A DNA stretch of 64,000 nt from assembly GCF_009914755.1 (NCBI RefSeq), contig NC_060937.1. The stretch is one strand, 5' to 3'. The notes beneath the pieces were generated by a model. The model saw only the letters and a program-made list of their open reading frames with translations. It made no database searches and was not told where the DNA came from. Positions 18,676 through 32,884 of the stretch are shown in pieces; position 1 is the first letter of the stretch, and each line of letters begins with the position of its first letter. A program made the position numbers and the translations under genes. This DNA is from the human T2T-CHM13v2.0 reference genome, Homo sapiens.

Positions 18676-19440
18676 CTTCTAAACTGTGGCATTGCAGAGA
18701 AATTCAGACATGTTAAATGAAGTTCAGCTTTATTGTGGCTGTAACCATTGAAATTTGTCCTAAAGGTGGAGTTGGAGTTGACTCCTGGATGTAGGAGAGA
18801 GAACACCTAGGCAGAGGGAATAGTATGTTAAAGCACATGCTTAGAGAAGAGTTAGAATTTTGTTTTAGCTGAATTGCAGATTTTATCTGTTAGGTAGAAT
18901 GGGATAAAATGAGGTTGGATAAGCAGGTTGGGGACAGATTTTAAAGTGTTTACTGTTTACTCATGGCAAGGATTCTGTGCCCATGGAAAGGCTTTTTTTC
19001 TTCTGACTTTTTAGAAGAGGCATTACATGCTCAATTTTTACTCAAAGAAGGTAACTCAAGCAATGGTACTGACAGTGAAGATTAGAGGTAGGAAAGACTG
19101 AAGATAGGATATTGGGAGATTTTGATGAGACTGATTATCTTACTCATTAATTTATTCAACATACATCAGAGCACGCATTATGTGTCAGGTGTCTGCTAGC
19201 TGGTGGAGATTACAACGGAGAATAAAATAGGAATGTTTCGAGCCTAATGAATGAGAATATCCATGAGAACTTATACTTGCTTTGCAGCCACATCAAATGC
19301 CAAGTCTTCCTTTAAGCAACATCCTTCCCCAGTTGGGATTAATTGCTCCTTATTTTGTGTTTCCAAAATAAAATAAGGGCTTGGTTTATGCTTCTGTTAC
19401 AGGATGTTTTACATCATATTTGAGCCTATTTTATAGACAG

Positions 19441-19442
<2 letters not shown>

Positions 19443-19482
<40 letters not shown>
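19443..19482. repeat. (CA)n microsatellite
   Basis: About 20 uninterrupted units. Confidence 0.95.
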
Positions 19483-19485
<3 letters not shown>

Positions 19486-19619
19486 TCTTTCTTGTCAACT
19501 AAATTGATCTCCTGGGTAACAAGAATTACATCATATTTATTCTTGCAGTTACCTAACACAGAGGAGGTATAACATGAAAATTGGTTAGAATTCTTTGCCA
19601 TCAGTTTCCTGTTTGGGGC

Positions 19620-19686
19620 TCTCACACTGATCAGTGTGAGACAAATTTAATTTAAAGAACTAAATAAATAAATTTAGTTCTTTAAA
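19620..19686. repeat. Two adjacent perfect inverted repeats
   Basis: tctcacactgatcagtgtgaga (22-bp palindrome) and tttaaagaactaaat-N6-atttagttctttaaa. Confidence 0.95.
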
Positions 19687-20129
19687 AGTTGATATTCAAG
19701 TTTTGTTTCTATTACTATGTCCCACTTCCATAAGTGTATGACATTTTGCAGCAGTTTTAAATTATTTGTATATAAGCTACAAATTTTGAGGACTAGCATC
19801 ATTAATTTACAAGTTTACAAGTGTTTTGAAGTCCAGGGCAAAAAAGGTTATATTGACTTTAGCCTAAGCTAAAATCATTTTTACAACACTAACAATTACT
19901 TTTGATAAATTGTTACTAATCTTATATTTTAAGTTTTGATATGGTAAAAATATTACAAATATATCATGTTATTATTGACAAAAATACTGTTAAAGTTACT
20001 ATAAATTTTCTCTAACTATGATGACAAATGCTGTGGCTGATATTTTGCAATGTTATGTCCTATAGATCCATACTCCTTTCTAATTTTCGGAGTTAATTGC
20101 TCTTCGTCTGCATCACACTATTATGCTAG

Positions 20130-20488
<359 letters not shown>

Positions 20489-20756
20489 AGCTCATTTTAA
20501 AAGCTGAGAAAGAATGGTTTGAGAGAACCAAGATGATTATAGAAGGACATAGAATCTGTACAGACATAAGTTGCTCCTGTCCATGTCCCTGTCTTTGTCA
20601 TCCAGTCGGAATGAGAACAACCAAAATATTTTCCCCAAATATCACTCTTTTGGTCTGGTTGCATGAGACTTCTAATAAATCTGCCTAAAAAATTGTGTGA
20701 CCTCAACATAGTTGAAAAATGTTCTAAACTTTTAAATTGGGGTTTCAGAATCTAGA

Positions 20757-21058
20757 TTTATTTATTAATTTTTTTAAAGATGGAGTCTCACTCTGTTGCC
20801 CAGGCTGGAATGCAGTGGCGTGATCTCAGCTCATTGCAGCCTCCGTCTCCTGGCTGCAAGTGATTCTTCTGCGTCAGCCTCCCGAGTAGCTGGGATTACA
20901 GGGACGCATCACCACGCCCAGCTAATTTTTGTATTTTTAGTAGAGACAGGGTTTCACCACGTTGGCCAGGCTGGTCTTGAACTCCTGACCTCAGGTGATC
21001 CACCTGCCTCAGCCTCCCAAAGTGCTGGGATTACAGGAGTGAGCCACCGCGCCCAACC
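20757..21058 (-). mobile_element. AluS
   Basis: Full dimer; source of ORF 20796..21212. Confidence 0.92.
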
Positions 21059-21241
21059 TGGCTTGCTTTTCTATTTAAAGCAAATAAATCATGTCAAAAT
21101 TACATTGAATGGGACAGTGATTAGATTTCTTCCCTTTGGCTGCTGCTGGAAGTGGAACCGATCTTGGGTAAGGGAGGAGGGAGGAACAGGGAGTGGAATA
21201 GTCATCTCTTGAAAATAGAGATTTCAATGTGCGATTAATCT

Positions 21242-21410
21242 TGTAAGGCGACTTAGTTTGGGATTCCCAGAAGCAGATTCTGAGATGAAGATTCTTGAGC
21301 GAGTGATTTATTATTGAAGTCTTCCCCAGAGAAATTAGTAAGGGAAGCAAGACTGGTAAGGAGAAAAGAAGCCGAGCAAGGCTGCAATATCAAGGAAAGT
21401 CCCTTTAAGG
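21242..21410. mobile_element. MLT1-type (MaLR) LTR fragment
   Basis: ttcccagaagcagattctgagatgaagatt...gtgatttatt motif. Confidence 0.55.
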
Positions 21411-23619
21411 GTAGCAAACATCCCGGAGAAAGTCTTAGGTAAGAGTTTTGGAGGCGAAAGCATGACTCAATTGGGAGAGGGCTGCTCAAAAAGGATTTTT
21501 TAAAAATCTGAGAGGATTTAGGCAAAGCAGTGACTGTGTCTGTTACACAACGTTTCAGAAAGTTTTTCTTTGCGAGGCATGTCAAAGTAAAGAGATGATG
21601 GATTCTTGCATAAACCGGTTCTAAATGAAGAGATTATTTTCAATGACTAAGATCTAAGTTGAGGCCACTGGACTAAGCTTTGGAGTTACCACAAAAAATG
21701 AGAATTGGAGCTTGAAGATGATGCAACTTATGGCTGTGTAGGGACTGAAAAAGCTAAGGTCTGAATGAGGAAGCTGCATTTTTTATTAAAAGAGATGAAA
21801 GAAACATGAGAGAATTACACTGATTATTAGGAAACTGTGCATGAGTAAATTACGGTGACAGATTAATTGAGACTGAAAGGCTTAGAAGATAAATAATCTA
21901 AATTAGTGGAAGGTTAGAATAAGGATGGATCTTTTTCTGAATTGAATGTTTTATATGTTTTATTTGTATGAAACACAAATTAAAATTAAAATACTATCAA
22001 CATTATTTAACTGCCCAGCAAAGTCAATATTACATCTAAGTGAAGAAAGTGTTCTCAGAGAGGTTTCATTTTAAAGAACGACACTTGAGAGTGGCTAGAC
22101 AGTCTCTGTGGAAAAGGTGGAAGAGAAAATCATGTGCTGTTTTTTGCCAAGTATGTGTGTAGGTCATGCACAGGGATGCAGACATCTGGCTGAGATCCCT
22201 GTGCATGAGTCAGTTAATACTAGGTCGCTGAAGACAAAATAACTAATGCAAATTGTAGGCTTGCTATATATTTTTTTCAGTGTCATATACACAAAGAAGC
22301 ACCATGGATTCTGGGAGAAACAGTCTCAAAAGCATCTCAAGGAAGCCTCTCCAATACAAGCATTGGGATTACATATGTCTATTTCATGTAAAATAATGTT
22401 AGGGAGATAGCAATAGCAGATGGAGTAGATAATGTGTCTTGGCTTATTGATTTTGGACAAAAAATGTTTAAAAATTCATCTTAGACTGGCAGTATATTGT
22501 CAATGCCTCTAAACTACTTTGTGCTATGTGAGTGAGTAATGCTGGCAAATATCTGTAATTTAAGTGTTTTATTCCAATTTCGACATGATTTTTATGCCAG
22601 AGAGCTTTATGGGTAAGAAGCCTTTTAAAACTATTTCCCTCATGAACTCTAATTTTCTTTTGGAATACATCATCTCATTAATTAAGAGGTTGAAGTCTCA
22701 TTACTTCATGTCTGTCTTCACGGGATTATGTAAACAGCAACCCTGTCATTACCAAATCATATGCTATTTTTATTTTTCTAAAGATCTAGAGCTCACAGTC
22801 ATTATTTAAATAGAACATTACAGAAAAGAAAAAGGAATTTGAAGCGGCCATTCTTAGCTATGTATTGAATAGATCTATTTTTCTATTAGTGTCTGTTTCA
22901 ATTTATCTTTCTTGGTTTTGGTCATAGTTCAGTAATATTCAAGAGAGAGTATTATATGGTAGCTAATGTGATATAGAAGACCCATTCCTTACATTGCCAT
23001 ATTTATCAGCCAAAAAAAAAAAAAAAACTACTTCCCTTAGAAATACATTATAAATTAAAATAACAGATAACATGGGCTGTTTTTGACAGGAATATATTTT
23101 AGCTTCTGATAATTAGCTTTAGTAATCATTAGCTTAGTTAATGAAAAATAAAATACTTATAATATTAAAAAATGAGAAGCTAAACTATGAGCAACTAACA
23201 AATCAAAACCACGTTCTTCTGAATTCCTGACTCCCCCGCAAATAGTTCCAAATCACTATAGTATTCACATAGCCCTATAATAACCTTTGTGGATAAACAG
23301 TGAATTCCATGTTCAATGTAAAATAACACAGAAATTTAGAGTTTTAATTGCAATGTCCTATGTAAACTTTAAAAGTTTCCAAAGCAATTTTCATAAATGG
23401 GATTCCATTTTCCACAGCCAAAATACTATACTGACACTGACCCTCATGAACTGTTACCTATGCATTTGTGTGCCATTTACTTTTAATTACAAAATTTCTC
23501 CCCTTGATTAAATTTATTGTATGCCTTGCAATATATCAAAATGATAGATTAAATGTATAAATAAATTATTATTTATAACAAAATTGAAGCTTGTCCTTGG
23601 AATCATTTTCTTGTAGTTC

Positions 23620-23830
23620 CATGTAGCTAAAATGGGGCTTTGATTTCAACCTTGCCCCTGATGAGCTGTGTGATGAAATCTTAGGCAAGTTACTCAACCT
23701 AAGCCTCAGTTTCCTCATCTGCAAATCAGGGAAAATAATACATGCTTTAGACTATTATTTTGAGAATTAAATGAAATCATGTATACAAATTGTCAAACAG
23801 GGCACAGCATACTCAGTACCTTATCATTGT
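23620..23830 (+). mobile_element. MIR
   Basis: aggcaagttactcaacctaagcctcagtttcctcatctg core. Confidence 0.75.
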
Positions 23831-24941
23831 TTAGTGTTGTTATTTTGTATCTACAGTGTTTTTGGAAAATAGCATGATTAATCAATTGACTGGAAGACAC
23901 ACAGTCTAACAGACAATATATAGACCATTTATATTGGCCATGAAAGTGTCCATAATGGCTGACTTAACTGGCTTTAATGTGTAAAATATGGTGACTCCCA
24001 TGGTTTTTAAGATATGGCTTAAAGTAGATATCAATTTCTTTACATTGGTCAACTATAATTTGTCCATAGGTTGCACATGTAGTAAGTAATATTTTGAGAT
24101 ATTAACTGTGGGGTTTTTTTCCCTCCCTCCGCTTCCTTGCATTTGTTACCTTTTACTGACCATTTAGGTAACAGTGCCTAGCAGGCCCGGATCAGGACAG
24201 ATACTACTGAGAATTCAGAAGTAATTTGTTTGCTTTGAGTTTCATATGAGGCCTTTTAAAAAGTCCACAGTAGAAACAGTATTCTTGAAATTATAGCTTT
24301 CCTTTGCAGAAGACTCAGTATTTTGAGAGTTGACATTTTGCTGAGCCATTAAAAGCACTGAGAACCTTGGAAGAATCCATTTATACTGAAATCAAGGAGT
24401 GGGGAAGAATGCATGGATAGAATAACAGGTCCCAAAGAGATAAAATTTGACCAGCATTCAGACAGATAATGAACTAGGGCTAGAAGAGGTCTTGTGATTG
24501 GACAATGAAGCTGACCGCATTGACTAAACAATTGCAGGTACAGCACAGACTCACGATGATCCTAAGCACCAGGAAGAATGGATTATTAGATCTCTGCAGA
24601 GGCCAGTGAGATCAGAAAATGACATTTGGTGCAGAGCAGTGTCCCTGATGACACAAGTCCACCAGGTACTTAGAACACTTCCATGGAGAAAAAAAACGAA
24701 GAAGAGGAGAATTTTGAACTGAATATTTACCTCAAAGAGACTGAGCTTTAAAACAGAAGCATGTGTGTGAAACGCCACTAAGCAAAAGAGCTCATATTCT
24801 AAGCTAGGTTCAATTATACAGAACTAAAATTAAAAATAACTTCAATTTTCTAATATTAGAGTTTATGATTGTGTTGAAATATCATATCCACTAAATCATC
24901 AGGCTTTGGATACCTCAAATTTTAGTTCTTAATTAATCTGA

Positions 24942-26342
<1,401 letters not shown>

Positions 26343-27251
26343 AAGAAAGAACAAGGAGAAAAAGTTTCTTTTTCAAAGAATTTTTGACTGTCATAAAATG
26401 TAAAATAGGTATATGTATTAAGGATATTTTAGAAAACTACATTAAAACTTACTTTTAAAAATAGAGCACATTATCTTAAGCAGATTACAGCTATTTTCTT
26501 CATATCTGAATTTAAAAACAAGTTTTTGAATCTATAACTCAAGGTGTTATCATTTACAAATATTTTGAATCTCAATATAAACTTTAAAACACTTTAGAAA
26601 ACTATAATTTTTTATAAGCGATAACTACACTTAGAAAATATAATAACTTTTTAATATGCAAGTTACATTAAAATATACTTATATAATCAGCATTTGGTTC
26701 TGGCTTATCTCCAGCCGAGTATAGTGTGTACTCCCCACAATCTGTAGGTTTCACCATTTTCACTGTAGCTTTGTTTCTGAGTCATGGACCAAAGCTGATT
26801 ATGTTACAGGATAAGCTGTTTGAAGTGTTAGCCACATTAAGCCATGCTAAGCCACAATAAAACTATTACTGTTAGACATAATAAGATTATTAATATCAGG
26901 TTTTATATCAGCTCCACTTACTGAATTTTAGCACATAGAAAGGTAAGGAGAAAATGGATTTTAAATATTTTTTGATGCTGTTTGAAATTATTTAATCCTA
27001 CAAATGAATATTTTAAAACCATATCTTCCTATTTGTTTTTGTTTCTAAGTATTTGACTCAATGGAACCATGAAAAGGAGGAGCACGTTTATCTTGAAAGG
27101 GACAAGTTAACATTTGATTTATTGACATTTTGCCTTTCAGTGAGAAAAAATATGTTAGTCTATAGTGAGTAATACTCTTAAGAGTTACATGATGTTATAA
27201 CTTTAATTTAGTCACAGAATACGAATAATTTATAGAAAGTGAACAAAATAT

Positions 27252-27257
27252 TTTATT
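27252..27257 (-). promoter_or_regulatory. Polyadenylation signal AATAAA
   Basis: tttatt on + strand; first canonical hexamer I see downstream of the stop. Confidence 0.7.
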
Positions 27258-27445
27258 CATCGTATCACTCAAAATATGTTATTTTATAACAAAGAAAAAT
27301 GATTGTTACCTTCTGGATAAAAGAGAAAATGGAGTAAAATATTTGAAGCATTGAACATACAAAAACATTATTATAAATATCAATATTTATGGGCTACTGT
27401 GAAGGCAGCTGTAAAAAAACAAGTTCCAATAAAAAGTTCGAAACA

Positions 27446-27750
<305 letters not shown>

Positions 27751-28157
27751 AAAAAGTTCGAAACAGACAAACATTTTAAAAATCTTAACAATTTAAATCA
27801 TTGAAAATTCGAGTGTTTTTTCCCTTCTAAATTTTTACTTCATAGGGTAGTGAATGCAACATAAACAGGTATTCATGAGTATAATACATTTTACACACTC
27901 CAAATAGTCACAGAGACTCTTGCATTATTTTCCCGTAGACATTCCTATTGTCTGTCTACTGCTATCAAGTGTAGGGTTAGAAGGCATTTTAACAAATCGA
28001 TGACTGATTTAAAAAAAACAACAACCGAAGACATCTGTCATTAAGACAGGTCTCTAATAGTGGATGCTTGTTATTAAGAATCCAAAAGATTTTCTTAATG
28101 TTCTGTCCAGTAATTTTTGTTGTCATGGTCTGTGTTCCACATTGCCCTATGGCAATG

Positions 28158-28307
<150 letters not shown>

Positions 28308-28459
28308 CTATCAAAAGAAGAGCACACATCAACAGGGCTTGTGAAGTATAAATAGTAAACAGCCATAAATAATATTTTGACTACTCTAAAGAGGGAAGCA
28401 CTTAATTAGAAACTATCCACTATAAATAATTATGATAAAAATAAACAGTAATTGTAAAA

Positions 28460-28640
28460 CTGTTTATTCAACACTTATTACATGTTAGATACTGTGCTGA
28501 GAGCTTTCTGCATATAATTAAATTCTTATAACACCTTATGATATGGGTATTATTATCCTCATTTTTGTGTGAAGAAACCAAAGATAAAAGAGTTCAAGTA
28601 ATTTGACCAAAGTTTCATAGCTAGCAAGTGATGGAGTTTG
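28460..28640 (-). mobile_element. MIR
   Basis: tattattatcctcattttt...aagtaatttgaccaaagt...agctagcaagtg. Confidence 0.65.
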
Positions 28641-28700
28641 GGAGGTTAGCAGAAGTGAAATATCCATAATGGAATACCTTCTTGTTAAGAGAGTTACCGG

Positions 28701-29135
28701 TGTTAAACTAAATTTGCCCTGGGGGACTCTACTTTGAGTCCCTATGTAAGGAACTACAATCTAACAGTATTTAAACTAACTAAAAGCCTAACTAGGAGTA
28801 TATTTTTGTAACAATAGCTGAGACTCAGTCGACCACAGCAGCCAGCTTTGGTCAATCACAGGTGGTCCGCTGACTATACCATATTCAAATAAAACAGACA
28901 TTGAGCCATTGAGAGCAATCAAGCCCTTTCTGCTCCTCATTTCCATTTTCTGTCCATAAATGTTGCCTGCCCACTTTGTGAAGTGGAGCTCTCTGAACCT
29001 CTGCTGGTTCTGAGGGCTGCTGCTTCTCTAATCATTCTTCTATTAAGCTCTGTTAAATTTAATTTTATTAAATTTAAATTTGTCTAAAGTTTTATATTTA
29101 TCAAATTTAATTTGTCTAAAGTTTTTCTTTTAACA
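28701..29135 (+). mobile_element. ERV1 solo LTR, MER57-related
   Basis: TGTTAAA...TTTAACA termini; similar to the LTR at 30673 in opposite orientation. Confidence 0.7.
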
Positions 29136-29466
29136 TCAGTTAAGAAAAATGGTTCCATTTCCCATTTCCTGTATACAGTGATTCACTGAAACACAGATCA
29201 TTTGGTCTAAAAGATCCAGGAGATCATGTAGTCCATTTCCCCGCTATTAAATAAACCATCATTTATGCTGAGCCAGACGAGGATACACTGGAAGGCAATG
29301 AAGCATAGTGGAAAGTGCTTCATTGGTCTTCGTGTCGGGCCACAAGAACACCCAATCTTCTTAAAAAACAGCTTTACAGAAATATAATTCACATACCATA
29401 TAATCCATCCTTTAAAGTGTACAACTCAAGGGCCTTTAGTATATTCATAGAGTTGTACCAACTCTA

Positions 29467-30055
29467 TGAAGTTACCAACCACAGGTTCTTAGGCTCTCAT
29501 TTAATAGAAATTGACACAAGGCTGAGCAAGTTTCCCAAACAAGGCTTTTATTGGGGGCTTATGTTTGAACACAATGGAGACAGTGCAGGAGCAAGAGTTA
29601 GCTGGCTGGCTTTCTGAGGGCAGGTCTTTGTGGTGTTTCTAGGAAAGGTGACAGGAATGTGCATGAGGTATGGAAGTGTCATTACATGTGCCGGGTGGAG
29701 CACAGGGTGTGCAGGCACAATGAGAAATCATGCTAGCGCATACATTGCATGATCAAAATATGATGGATAAGCTCTTCCCTGGGTGAGAATTTCAGTATTA
29801 TAATGAGGGATAGGGTAAAGATCAGTCATTCTTCTGGTCTTGTGCACATGCCTGCAATAAGGTTAACTCCCTTGAGTAAGATTTACAGTGGGATGCTGCT
29901 TATCTCCGTTTCAAGAGATATCTTGTGGTCAGCAAGGATGACTCCAGTGGATGGGTGGTGCAAGGTCTGGTAATGGGCGGGTATGGAAAAAATGTATTAG
30001 TAGGGGTGGAGGCCAAATCATGGTGAGGGCTAAATTCCATTCCTACTCTGTTTCA
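29467..30055 (-). mobile_element. ERV1 (MER4-group-like) solo LTR
   Basis: TGAA...TTCA termini; AATAAA on minus strand near 29547-29552; interrupts L1MB. Confidence 0.6.
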
Positions 30056-30672
30056 CGAATATCACCACAATCAATTTTAAAACATTTTCACCACCTGGTA
30101 CCCATTAGCAGTCATTCCCCATTCCCCTGTCCCCACACTTAACCCTCGGCAACCATGAATCTAGTTTCTCCTTGTATACATTTGCCTATTCTGGACATTT
30201 TATATAAACGGAATTGTACAATAGGTGGTCTTTTGTGTCTGGCTTCTTTCACTTAGCATAATGGTTTTTAAAGGGTCTATGGCATACCATGTAACAGAAC
30301 TTAATTACTTTGTATTGCCAAATAATAGCACATTATATGATATACCACATTTTATTTATCCAGTTCATGAGTTGATGAACATTTGAGTTGGTTCCACTTT
30401 CTAGCTATTATAAATAATACTGCCATGAACATTTGTGTGCAAGATTTTGTGTGAATATATGTTTTCACTTCTCAGGTATACAGTGAGGAGTAGAATTACT
30501 GGGTCATGTGGTAACTCCATGTTTAACCATTTCAGGAACTGCTAAGCTGTTTTTCAAAACGACTGTATAATTTTACATTCCAGTGTAATTTTACACACCA
30601 GTAATGTGTGAGGGTTCCAATTTCTTCACATCCTTGAAAATACTTATTATCTATGTTTTTGGTCATGGCCAC

Positions 30673-31101
30673 TGTTAAAAGAAAAACTTCAGCCAAATTA
30701 AATTTAAAGAGTTTAATTGAGCAATGAATGATTCGCAAACTGGACAGACCCCAGAATCAGAGCAGATTCAGAGACTCCAGGGGTGCCTCGTGGTCAGAAG
30801 AAATTTATAGACAAAAAAAGTAAATTTGAGGTACAGGAATTGGAAGTGAGGTCAGAAACAATGGGATTGGTTACATCTCTGTGTTTGCCTTATTTGAACA
30901 CAGTTTGAACACTCAGCAGTCTATGAGTGGTTGAAGTATGGCCGCTGGGATTGTCCAACACTCAGCTGTTGTTACAGACACATACTCCTAAGTTAGGTTT
31001 TCCATCTTGTCTACCTATTGAGTTAGGTTGCAGTTCATCCACTAGGACTCAAATATAGATGTACAGAGTTCTTCCCAGGCCATATTTTGTTCGCTTTAAC
31101 A
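30673..31101 (-). mobile_element. MER57B-like solo LTR
   Basis: TGTTAAA/TTTAACA termini, 4-bp TSD ccac/ccat. Confidence 0.8.
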
Positions 31102-31256
31102 CCATGCTTGTGGAAGTGAAGTGGCCTCTCATTACAGTAAAACACCTACTTTTAAATGGACTGATAAAATGATAGAATAATAGGGCTGGACAAGTTATCT
31201 ATTCACAGGTAGTATGTGTAGTATTCCATTATGTAAATATACCACAATTTATTTTT

Positions 31257-31982
31257 ATTTTTATTTTTTACTATACTTTAAGTTTTAGGGTACATGTGCA
31301 CAACATGCAGGTTTGTTACATATGTATACATGTGCCATGTTGGTTTGCTGCACCCATTAACTCTTCATTTAACATTAGGTATATCTCCTAATGCTATCCC
31401 TCCCCACTACCCCCACCCCACAACAGGCCCCGGTGCGTGATGTGATGTTCCCCTTCCTGTGTCCATGTGTTCTCATTGTTCAATTCCCACCTAGGAGTGA
31501 GAATATGCGGTGTTTGCTTTTTTGTCTTGCAACAGTTTGCTGAGAATGATGGTTTCCAGCTTCATCCATGTCCCTACAAAGGACATGAACTCATCATTTT
31601 TTATGGCTGCATAGTATTCCATGGTGTATATGTGCCACATTTTCTTAATCCAGTTTACAATTGTTGGACATTTGGGTGGGTTCCAAGTCTTTGCTATTGT
31701 GAATAGTGCTGCAATAAACATACATGTGCATGTGTCTTTATAGCAGCATGTTTTATAATCCTTTGGGTATATACCTAGTAATGGGATGGCTGGGTCAAAT
31801 GGTATTTATAGTTCTAGATCCCTGAGGAATCACCACAATGACTTCCACAATGGTTTAACTAGTCTACAGTCCCACTAACAGTGTAAAAGTGTTCCTATTT
31901 CTCCACATCCTCTCCAGCACCTGTTCATCTCACTGGGGAGTGTCGGACAGTGGGTGCAGGACAGTGGGTGCAGTGCACCGAT
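31257..31982 (-). mobile_element. L1PA4/5-like 5'-inverted insertion
   Basis: 3' segment 31257-31925, inverted 5'UTR piece 31923-31980, 14-bp TSD cacaatttattttt (31243-31256 / 31983-31996). Confidence 0.95.
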
Positions 31983-32589
31983 CACAATTTATTTTTCCAT
32001 TCTCCTTTCTAGGGATATTTGTGATGTTTCTATTTAGGGGTTTTTGTCAATAAAGCTACTGTAAGAATTCATATACAAGCTTTACAACTTTTTTAAGGCA
32101 TATTTTTTTCATTTTTCTTGAGTAAACACCTAGGTGGAGAATTGTTTGGACATACAGCAGGTATATGCTAACTTTTTAGGAAACTCTCAAACTGTTTTTC
32201 CAAAGCAGTTGCACTATTTTATAATCTCCCCAGCAGTGCATGATCTTAACAGTTGTTTCATGTCCTTAGCAACATTTGGTATTAATATTCATTGAAACTT
32301 TCATCATTCTAGGGGTAAAAAGGTGTGAATAGTATCTCATTGTGGTTTTGATTCACGTTTCCTTGGTGTTAAGGGTGTTATACATCTTTTCACGTGTTTA
32401 TTGGTCATACTATGTCTTCTTTTGTTAAGTTCTGTTCAAATCTTTAGCCCATTTTTAAAAAAATGACTGTATGACTTTATTATAGGCTGATAGGATTTCT
32501 TTCTTTACGCATCCTGGATACAAGTCCTTTGTGCACATACATGTGTTGCAAATATTTTTACTTTTGTGATTCTGTCTTTTCATTTTCTT

Positions 32590-32884
32590 TTGTTGTTGTT
32601 GTTGAAGTGGGGAGGTCTCACTTTGTTGCCCAGGCTGTACTGCAGTGGCATGATCACAGATCACTACAGCCTCGACCTCCTGGACTCAAGTGATCCTCCC
32701 ACCTCAGCCTCCTGAGTAGCTGGGACCACAGGTGTGCGCCATCACACTGACTAATTTTTTTATTTGTACAGACAAGATCTTACTGTATTACCCAGGCTGG
32801 TCTTCAACTCCTGGGCTCAAGACATCCTCCTGCCTTGGCCTCCCAAAGTGCTGGGATTATGGGCATGAGCCACTGTGCCCAGCC
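32590..32884 (-). mobile_element. AluJ
   Basis: J-type positions, TSD cttttcattttctt. Confidence 0.88.

Larger units (their letters stand above)
29362..31135 (-). mobile_element. L1MB-type 3' end, interrupted by two LTRs
   Basis: cagctttacagaaatataattcacatacc terminus and typical antisense L1MB 3' sequence. Confidence 0.8.
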
